Source of the DNA: Scyliorhinus canicula | Taxonomy: Eukaryota | Assembly (NCBI RefSeq): GCF_902713615.1 | Contig: NC_052158.1 | Span: 42,619,159-42,683,158 of the forward strand | Direction of reading: 5' to 3' | DNA length: 64,000 nt | Shown: positions 40,222-50,089 of the stretch, in pieces | Numbering within the stretch: the first letter of the stretch is position 1 | How the letters are laid out: the number at the start of each line of letters is the position of its first letter | Notes under the pieces: model-generated | Told to the model about the DNA's origin: nothing | Seen by the model: only the letters and a program-made list of their open reading frames with translations | The model's database searches: none | Program-made: the position numbers and the translations under genes

Positions 40222-43200
40222 GGACTATATCAGACAGTTCTGGATGCATGGTTGGGTGTTGGACTGGGCTATATCAGACAGTTCTGGATGCATGGTTGGG
40301 TGTTGGACTGGGCTATATCAGACAGTTCTGGATGCATGGTTGGGTGTTGGACTGGGCTATATCAGACAGTTCTGGATGCATGGTTGGGTGTTGGACTGGG
40401 CTATATCAGACACTTCTGGATGCATGGTTGGGTGTTGGACTGGGCTATATCAGACAGTTCTGGATGCATGGTTGGGTGTTGGACTGGGCTATATCAGACA
40501 GTTCTGGATGCATGGTTGGGTGTTGGACTGGGCTATATCAGACAGTTCTGTATGCATGGTTGGGTGTTGGACTGGGCTATATCAGACAGTTCTGGATGCA
40601 TGGTTGGGTGTTGGACTGGGCTATATCAGACAGTTCTGGATGCATGGTTGGGTGTTGGACTGGGCTACATCAGACAGTTCTGGATGCATGGTTGGGTGTT
40701 GGACTGGGCTATATCAGACAGTTCTGGATGCATGGTTGGGTGTTGGACTGGGCTATATCAGACAGTTCTGGATGCATGGTTGGGTGTTGGACTGGGCTGT
40801 ATCAGACAGTTCTGGATGCATGGTTGGGTGTTGGACTGGGCTGTATCAGACAGTTCTGGATGCATGGTTGGGTGTTGGACTGGGCTGCATCAGACAGTTC
40901 TGGATGCATGGTTGGGTGTTGGACTGGGCTATATCAGACAGTTCTGGATGCATGGTTTGGGTGTTGGACTGGGCTATATCAGACAGTCTGGATGCATGGT
41001 TGGGTGTTGGACTGGGCTATATCAGACAGTTCTGGATGCAAGGTTGGGTGTTGGACTGGCTATATCAGACAGTTCTGGATGCATGGTTGGGTGTTGGACT
41101 GGGCTATATCAGACAGTTCTGGATGCATGGTTGGGTGTTGGACTGGGCTATATCAGACAGTTCTGGATGCATGGTTGGGTGTTGGACTGGGCTATATCAG
41201 ACAGTTCTGGATGCATGGTTGGGTGTTGGACTGGGCTATATCAGACAGTTCTGGATGCATGGTTGGGTGTTGGACTGGGCTGTATCAGACAGTTCTGGAT
41301 GCATGGTTGGGTGTTGGACTGGGCTATATCAGACAGTTCTGGATGCATGGTTGGGTGTTGGACTGGGCTATATCAGACAGTTCTGGATGCATGGTTGGGT
41401 GTTGGACTGGGTATATCAGACAGTTCTGGATGCATGGTTGGGTGTTGGACTGGGCTATATCAGACAGTTCTGGATTCATGGTTGGGTGTTGGACTGGGCT
41501 ATATCAGACAGTTCTGGATGCATGGTTGGGTGTTGGACTGGGCTATATCAGACAGTTCTGGATGCATGGTTGGGTGTTGGACTGGGCTATATCAGACAGT
41601 TCTGGATGCATGGTTGGGTGTTGGACTGGGCTATATCAGACAGTTCTGGATGCATGGTTGGGTGTTGGACTGGGCTATATCAGACAGTTCTGGATGCATG
41701 GTTGGGTGTTGGACTGGGCTATATCAGACAGTTCTGGATGCATGGTTGGGTGTTGGACTGGGCTATATCAGACAGTTCTGGATGCATGGTTGGGTGTTGG
41801 ACTGGGCTATATCAGACAGTTCTGGATGCATGGTTGGGTGTTGGACTGGGCTATATCAGACAGTTCTGGATGCATGGTTGGGTGTTGGACTGGGCTATAT
41901 CAGACAGTTCTGGATGCAAGGTTGGGTGTTGGACTGGGCTATATCAGACAGTTCTGGATGCATGGTTGGGTGTTGGACTGGGCTATATCAGACAGTTCTG
42001 GATGCATGGTTGGGTGTTGGACTGGGCTATATCAGACAGTTCTGGATGCATGGTTGGGTGTTGGACTGGGCTATATCAGACAGTTCTGGATGCATGGTTG
42101 GGTGTTGGACTGGGCTGTATCAGACTGTTCTGGATGCATGGTTGGGTGTTGGACTGGGCTATATCAGACAGTTCTGGATGCATGGTTGGGTGTTGGACTG
42201 GGCTATATCAGACAGTTCTGGATGCATGGTTGGGTGTTGGACTGGGCTATCAGACAGTTCTGGATGCATGGTTGGGTGTTGGACTGGGCTATATCAGACA
42301 GTTCTGGATGCATGGTTGGGTGTTGGACTGGGCTATATCAGACAGTTCTGGATGCATGGTTGGGTGTTGGACTGGGCTATATCAGACAGTTCTGGATGCA
42401 TGGTTGGGTGTTGGACTGGGCTATATCAGACAGTTCTGGATGCATGGTTGGGTGTTGGACTGGGCTATATCAGACAGTTCTGGATGCATGGTTGGGTGTT
42501 GGACTGGGCTATATCAGACAGTTCTGGATGCATGGTTGGGTGTTGGACTGGGCTATATCAGACAGTTCTGGATGCATGGTTGGGTGTTGGACTGGGCTAT
42601 ATCAGACAGTTCTGGATGCATGGTTGGGTGTTGGACTGGGCTATATCAGACAGTTCTGGATGCATGGTTGGGTGTTGGACTGGGCTATATCAGACAGTTC
42701 TGGATGCATGGTTGGGTGTTGGACTGGGCTATATCAGACAGTTCTGGATGCATGGTTGGGTGTTGGACTGGGCTATATCAGACAGTTCTGGATGCATGGT
42801 TGGGTGTTGGACTGGGCTATATCAGACAGTTCTGGATGCATGGTTGGGTGTTGGACTGGGCTATATCAGACAGTTCTGGATGCATGGTTGGGTGTTGGAC
42901 TGGGCTATATCAGACAGTTCTGGATGCATGGTTGGGTGTTGGACTGGGCTATATCAGACAGTTCTGGATGCATGGTTGGGTGTTGGACTGGGCTATATCA
43001 GACAGTTCTGGATGCATGGTTGGGTGTTGGACTGGGCTATATCAGACAGTTCTGGATGCATGGTTGGGTGTTGGACTGGGCTATATCAGACAGTTCTGGA
43101 TGCATGGTTGGGTGTTGGACTGGGCTATATCAGACAGTTCTGGATGCATGGTTGGGTGTTGGACTGGGCTATATCAGACAGTTCTGGATGCATGGTTGGG

Positions 43201-46200
43201 TGTTGGACTGGGCTATATCAGACAGTTCTGGATGCATGGTTGGGTGTTGGACTGGGCTATATCAGACAGTTCTGGATGCATGGTTGGGTGTTGGACTGGG
43301 CTATATCAGACAGTTCTGGATGCATGGTTGGGTGTTGGACTGGGCTATATCAGACAGTTCTGGATGCATGGTTGGGTGTTGGACTGGGCTATATCAGACA
43401 GTTCTGGATGCATGGTTGGGTGTTGGACTGGGCTATATCAGACAGTTCTGGATGCATGGTTGGGTGTTGGACTGGGCTATATCAGACAGTTCTGGATGCA
43501 TGGTTGGGTGTTGGACTGGGCTATATCAGACAGTTCTGGATGCATGGTTGGGTGTTGGACTGGGCTATATCAGACAGTTCTGGATGCATGGTTGGGTGTT
43601 GGACTGGGCTATATCAGACAGTTCTGGATGCATGGTTGGGTGTTGGACTGGGCTATATCAGACAGTTCTGGATGCATGGTTGGGTGTGGACTGGGCTATA
43701 TCAGACAGTTCTGGATGCATGGTTGGGTGTTGGACTGGGCTATATCAGACAGTTCTGGATGCATGGTTGGGTGTTGGACTGGGCTATATCAGACAGTTCT
43801 GGATGCATGGTTGGGTGTTGGACTGGGCTATATCAGACAGTTCTGGATGCATGGTTGGGTGTTGGAACTGGGCTATATCAGACAGTTCTGGATGCATGGT
43901 TGGGTGTTGGACGGGCTATATCAGACAGTACTGGATGCATGGTTGGGTGTTGGACTGGGCTATATCAGACAGTTCTGGATGCATGGTTGGGTGTTGGACT
44001 GGGCTATATCAGACAGTCTGGATGCATGGTTGGGTGTTGGGCTGGGCTATATCAGACAGTTCTGGATGCATGGTGGGTGTTGGACTGGGCTATATCAGGA
44101 CAGTTCTGGATGCATGTGGGTGTTGGACGGATCAAGTTTGGACTGGGGGGGCTATATCAGACAGTTCTGGATGCATGGTTGGGTGTTGGACTGGGCTATA
44201 TCAGACAGTTCTGGATGCATGGTTGGGTGTTGGACTGGGCTATATCAGACAGTTCTGGATGCATGGTGGGTGTTGGACTGGGCTATATCAGACAGTTCTG
44301 GATGCATGGGTGGGTGTTGGACTGGGCTATATCAGACAGTTCTGGATGCATGGTGGGTGTTGGACTGGGGCTATATCAGACAGTTCTGGATGCATGGTTG
44401 GGTGTTGGACTGGGCTATATCAGACAGTTCTGGATGCATGGTTGGGTGTTGGACTGGGCTATATCAGACAGTTCTGGATGCATGGTTGGGTGTTGGACTG
44501 GGCTATATCAGACAGTTCTGGATGCATGGTTGGGTGTTGGACTGGGCTATATCAGACAGTTCTGGATGCATGGTTGGGTGTTGGACTGGCTTATCAGACA
44601 GTTTGGATGGTTGGGTTTGGACTGGGCTATATCAGACAGTTCTGGATGCATGGTTGGGTGTTGGACTGGGCTATATCAGACAGTTCTGGATGCATGGTTG
44701 GGTGTTGGACTGGGCTATATCAGACAGTTCTGGATGCATGGTTGGGTGTTGGACTGGGCTATATCAGACAGTTCTGGAGCATGGTTGGGTGTTGGACTGG
44801 GCTATATCAGACAGTTCTGGATGCATGGTTGGGTGTTGGACTGGGCTATATCAGACAGTTCTGGATGCATGGTTGGGTGTTGGACTGGGCTATATCAGAC
44901 AGTTCTGGATGCATGGTTGGGTGTTGGGCTGGGCTATATCAGACAGTTCTGGATGCATGGTTGGGTGTTGGACTGGGCTATATCAGACAGTTCTGGATGC
45001 ATGGTTGGGTGTTGGACTGGGCTGTATCAGACAGTTCTGGATGCTATGGTTGGTGTTGGACTGGGCTATATCAGACAGTTCTGGATGCATGGTTGGGTGT
45101 TGGACTGGGCTATATCAGACAGTTCTGGATGCATGGTTGGGTGTTGGACTGGGCTATATCAGACAGTTCTGGATGCATGGTTGGGTGTTGGACTGGGCTA
45201 TATCAGACAGTTCTGGATGCATGGTTGGGTGTTGGACTGGGCTATATCAGACAGTTCTGGATGCATGGTTGGGTGTTGGACTGGGCTATATCAGACAGTT
45301 CTGGATGCATGGTTGGGTGTTGGACTGGGCTATATCAGACAGTTCTGGATGCATGGTTGGGTGTTGGACTGGGCTATATCAGACAGTTCTGGATGCATGG
45401 TTGGGTGTTGGACTGGGCTATATCAGACAGTTCTGGATGCATGGTTGGGTGTTGGACTGGGCTATATCAGACAGTTCTGGATGCATGGTTGGGTGTTGGA
45501 CTGGGCTATATCAGACAGTTCTGGATGCATGGTTGGGTGTTGGACTGGGCTATATCAGACAGTTCTGGATGCATGGTTGGGTGTTGGACTGGGCTATATC
45601 AGACAGTTCTGGATGCATGGTTGGGTGTTGGACTGGGCTATATCAGACAGTTCTGGATGCATGGTTGGGTGTTGGACTGGGCTATATCAGACAGTTCTGG
45701 ATGCATGGTTGGGTGTTGGACTGGGCTATATCAGACAGTTCTGGATGCATGGTTGGGTGTGTGGCTGGGCTATATCAGACAGTTCTGGATGCATGTTGGG
45801 TGTTGGGACTGGGCTATATCAGACAGTTCTGGATGCATGGTGGGTTGTTTGGACTGGGCTATATCAGACAGTTAGTTGACTGCATTGTTTTGGTGTTGTT
45901 GGACTGGGCTATATCAGACAGTTCTGGATGCATGGTTGGGTGTTGGACTGGGCTATATCAGGACAGTTCTGATGCATGGTGGGTTGTTGGACTGGGCTAT
46001 ATCAGACAGTTCTGGATGCATGGTTGGGTGTTGGACTGGGCTATATCAGACAGTTTGGGATGCCGGGTTGGGTGTTGGACTGGGCTATATCAGACAGTTC
46101 TGGATGCATGGTTGGGTGTTGGACTGGGCTATATCAGACAGTTCTGGATGCATGGTTGGGTGTTGGACTGGGCTATATCAGACAGTTCTGGATGCATGGT

Positions 46201-47799
46201 TTGGGTGTTGGACTGGGCTATATCAGACAGTTCTGGATGCATGGTTGGGTGTGGGACTGGGCTATATCAGACAGTTCTCGGATGCATGGTTGGGTGTTGG
46301 AGCTGGGCTATATCAGACAGTTCTGGATGCATGGTTGGGTGTTGGACTGGGCTATATCAGACAGTTCTGGATGCATGGTTGGGTGTTGGACTGGGCTATA
46401 TCAGACAGTTCTGGATGCATGGTTGGGTGTTGGACTGGGCTATATCAGACAGTTCTGGATGCATGGTTGGGTGTTGGACTGGGCTATATCAGACAGTTCT
46501 GGATGCATGGTTGGGTGTTGGACTGGGCTATATCAGACAGTTCTGGATGCATGGTTGGGTGTTGGACTGGGCTATATCAGACAGTTCTGGATGCATGGTT
46601 GGGTGTTGGACTGGGCTATATCAGACAGTTCTGGATGCATGGTTGGGTGTTGGACTGGGCTATATCAGACAGTTCTGGATGCATGGTTGGGTGTTGGACT
46701 GGGCTATATCAGACAGTTCTGGATGCATGGTTGGGTGTTGGACTGGGCTATATCAGACAGTTCTGGATGCATGGTTGGGTGTTGGACTGGGCTATATCAG
46801 ACAGTTCTGGATGCATGGTTGGGTGTTGGACTGGGCTATATCAGACAGTTCTGGATGCATGGTTGGGTGTTGGACTGGGCTATATCAGACAGTTCTGGAT
46901 GCATGGTTGGGTGTTGGACTGGGCTATATCAGACAGTTCTGGATGCATGGTTGGGTGTTGGACTGGGCTATATCAGACAGTTCTGGATGCATGGTTGGGT
47001 GTTGGACTGGGCTATATCAGACAGTTCTGGATGCATGGTTGGGTGTTGGACTGGGCTATATCAGACAGTTCTGGATGCATGGTTGGGTGTTGGACTGGGC
47101 TATATCAGACAGTTCTGGATGCATGGTTGGGTGTTGGACTGGGCTATATCAGACAGTTCTGGATGCATGGTTGGGTGTTGGACTGGGCTATATCAGACAG
47201 TTCTGGATGCATGGTTGGGTGTTGGACTGGGCTATATCAGACAGTTCTGGATGCAAGGTTGGGTGTTGGACTGGGCTATATCAGACAGTTCTGGATGCAT
47301 GGTGGGGGGTGGGACTGGGCTATATCAGACAGTTCTGGATGCAAGGTTGGGTGTTGGACTGGGCTATATCAGACAGTTCTGGATGCATGGTTGGGTGTTG
47401 GACTGGGCTATATCAGACAGTTCTGGATGCATGGTTGGGTGTTGGACTGGGCTATATCAGACAGTTCTGGATGCATGGTTGGGTGTTGGACTGGGCTATA
47501 TCAGACAGTTCTGGATGCATGGTTGGGTGTTGGACTGGGCTATATCAGACAGTTCTGGATGCATGGTTGGGTGTTGGACTGGGCTATATCAGACAGTTCT
47601 GGATGCATGGTTGGGTGTTGGACTGGGCTATATCAGACAGTTCTGGATGCATGGTTGGGTGTTGGACTGGGCTATATCAGACAGTTCTGGATGCATGGTT
47701 GGGTGTTGGACTGGGCTATATCAGACAGTTCTGGATGCATGGTTGGGTGTTGGACTGGGCTATATCAGACAGTTCTGGATGCATGGTTGGGTGTTGGAC
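40222..47799 (+). repeat. 44-bp satellite variant B (about 172 copies): GGATGCATGGTTGGGTGTTGGACTGGGCTATATCAGACAGTTCT
   Basis: 44-bp period. Shares TGTTGGACTGG..TA.ATCAGACAGT.CTGGAT with variant A. Cluster of 1-bp indels at about 43680-46330. Confidence 0.98.
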
Positions 47800-48299
47800 N
47801 NNNNNNNNNNNNNNNNNNNNNNNNNNNNNNNNNNNNNNNNNNNNNNNNNNNNNNNNNNNNNNNNNNNNNNNNNNNNNNNNNNNNNNNNNNNNNNNNNNNN
47901 NNNNNNNNNNNNNNNNNNNNNNNNNNNNNNNNNNNNNNNNNNNNNNNNNNNNNNNNNNNNNNNNNNNNNNNNNNNNNNNNNNNNNNNNNNNNNNNNNNNN
48001 NNNNNNNNNNNNNNNNNNNNNNNNNNNNNNNNNNNNNNNNNNNNNNNNNNNNNNNNNNNNNNNNNNNNNNNNNNNNNNNNNNNNNNNNNNNNNNNNNNNN
48101 NNNNNNNNNNNNNNNNNNNNNNNNNNNNNNNNNNNNNNNNNNNNNNNNNNNNNNNNNNNNNNNNNNNNNNNNNNNNNNNNNNNNNNNNNNNNNNNNNNNN
48201 NNNNNNNNNNNNNNNNNNNNNNNNNNNNNNNNNNNNNNNNNNNNNNNNNNNNNNNNNNNNNNNNNNNNNNNNNNNNNNNNNNNNNNNNNNNNNNNNNNN
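47800..48299. other. Assembly gap (500 N)
   Basis: Run of N. Confidence 0.98.
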
Positions 48300-49085
48300 T
48301 TGATCTCTCTCGCTCTCCTCCTCTTCTCGAGCCTCCTCTCAAGCCCCCTCCCCCTATCGAGCCCCCCCTCCCCCTCTCTCTCTCTTGATCCCCCCCACTC
48401 CCTCTCTCTCTCTTGAGCCCCCCCCACCCCCTCTCTCTCTTGAGCCCCCCCCACCCCCTCTCTCTCTCTCTCTCGAGCCCCCCCTCCCCCTCTCTCTCTT
48501 GTGCCCCCCTCCCCCTCTCCCTCTCTCACTCTCGAGCCCCTCCTCCCCCTCTCTCGCGCCCTCCTCCCTCTCTCTAGTGCTCTCCTCCCCCTCTCTCGCG
48601 CCCTCCTCCCACTCTCGAGCCCCCCTCTCCCTCTTGAGCCCCCTCTCGAGCCCCCCTCCCCATCCCATCTCGAGTCCCCCTCTCCATATCGAGTCCCCTC
48701 CCCCCTCGAGCCCCCTCCCCCTCTCAAGCCTCCCTCCCTCCCCCCTCTCGAGCCCCCCTCCCCTCCCTCTCGAGCCTCCCTCCCCTCCCTCCTCCCTCCT
48801 CGAGCCTCCCTCCCCTCCCTCTCGAGCCTCCCTCCCCTCCCTCCTCGAGCCTCCCTCCCCTCCCTCTCGAGCCTCCCCTCCCCTCCCTCTCGAGCCTCCC
48901 TCCCCTCCCTCTCGAGCCTCCCTCCCCCTCCCTCTCGAGCCTCCCTCTCGAGCCTCCCTCCCCTCCCTCTCGAGCCTCCCTCCCCTCCCTCTCGAGCCTC
49001 CCTCCCCTCCCTCTCGAGCCTCCCTCCCCTCCCTCTCGAGCCTCCCTCCCCCTCCCCCCACCTCTCGAGCCTCGCTCCCTCCCTG
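48300..49085 (+). repeat. Pyrimidine-rich minisatellite, about 22-bp unit CTCGAGCCTCCCTCCCCTCCCT
   Basis: Direct reading: repeated CTCGAG within C/T tracts. Confidence 0.9.
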
Positions 49086-49112
49086 CCTCTCACCTGCCTC
49101 TTTTCCCCTTTT

Positions 49113-49177
49113 CCAATCAGAGGCTGGCTTTGCAGTTAACTGGTTGCTGATAGGTTAATCAGTGAGCCCGTGAGTCC
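49113..49177 (-). promoter_or_regulatory. Candidate MHC-type S-X-Y module
   Basis: Minus strand: GGACT (49177-49173), 25 nt, GCAAC (49147-49143, in CTATCAGCAACCAG), 22 nt, CTGATTGG (49120-49113). Order and span resemble the class II promoter, but X-Y spacing is slightly short. Confidence 0.4.
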
Positions 49178-49558
49178 AACAAAACAAACCAACTTTCTCA
49201 GATTGGTCAAGCTGGAAATCAGCATTTTAAAACATTTTAAACAGCAGGACCTACCCTGGAACCTGTTTGAGTTCCACAGAAGACAGTTTGGAAAACTCTA
49301 CATTAAAGTAATCGAAACGCCCTGTCACCACTCTGGAGATCTTGAATCTTTCTGTAATTTGTATCCAATTTGATCCTCTATCGCCTTCCTACTGTTTGTC
49401 TATTGTGTACAACCCATCTGTAATATTATTCTTCTTCTGAGGGTACTTCCATAAGATGTAGAATATAAAACTGAATTTATAAGGGCGAATAGATGGCCAA
49501 TACCAGTGTCAATGAATGTGTTCAGGAGAATGGCTTGAAATGTTTTGAAGCTAGTTGT

Positions 49559-49564
49559 TTTATT
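49559..49564 (-). terminator. Candidate AATAAA poly(A) signal of the MHC class II alpha gene
   Basis: tttatt on + strand, about 270 bp downstream of the stop codon. A possible 3' UTR exon acceptor lies at 49670-49669. Confidence 0.5.
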
Positions 49565-49833
49565 GCAGTCTTAAAATGTAACTGCAAAGTAATGTCTGAT
49601 GGTGCGTGTGTCTCCCTTCCAGCTATTGAGTGATCCCAACCTGCAGTTCATCTCAGTGAGGGTTCTTCCTGTGTAAGTGTTGACAGATTAAAACAGCCAA
49701 GCCCAATCCTGTCCATATCTGTTTAGGTTGTTGCAGGGGTTCAGCAATAAGCAATTAGGAGAAGGGACCTTGGCTGAAACTCACTTTCGGGAATGTTAAT
49801 AATACACACGGATTATATACCCTGTACTTACCC

Positions 49834-49979
49834 CTAGATGCCGTGTTGCTGAGCTTGCAGCCTCTGTCTCTCTTTGATCAGTAGGATGATCCCTACAACA
49901 GCACTGATGATTCCCAGGGTGACTCCCAGAGCACAGATCACTGTCCCGGGACCAGACTTTTCCTCAGGAACTTCAGCTT
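49834..49979 (-). CDS. mhc2a: MHC class II alpha chain, exon 4 (connecting peptide, transmembrane, cytoplasmic tail)
   Basis: (E)AEVPEEKSGPGTVICALGVTLGIISAVVGIILLIKERQRLQAQQHGI*. Acceptor ctcattcctttacAG at 49981-49980, phase 1. Donor GTAAGT 2 nt after the stop. Class II alpha TM Gly pattern. The symbol is family-level only. Confidence 0.95.
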
Positions 49980-50089
49980 CTGTAAAGGAATGAGAATCTC
50001 ACAGTGAAACACAAGGTGAACACACAATACTGGTCGAGAGTCTCACTCACCAGGCAAATGCATCAACAATTTGGATATCTACTGGTCGC

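Noticed and set aside
43680-46330. Apparent hypermutated zone in satellite B
   Set aside because: The changes are mostly scattered 1-bp indels, typical of unpolished long-read error rather than biology.
40128-48416. Giant ORFs of 775-2714 aa
   Set aside because: They are translations of the stop-free 44-bp satellite B in all three frames and run into N. There is no codon or domain signal.
47716-49158. Arg/Glu/Gly-rich and Pro/Ser/Leu-rich ORFs
   Set aside because: They are translations of the C/T minisatellite and the N gap.
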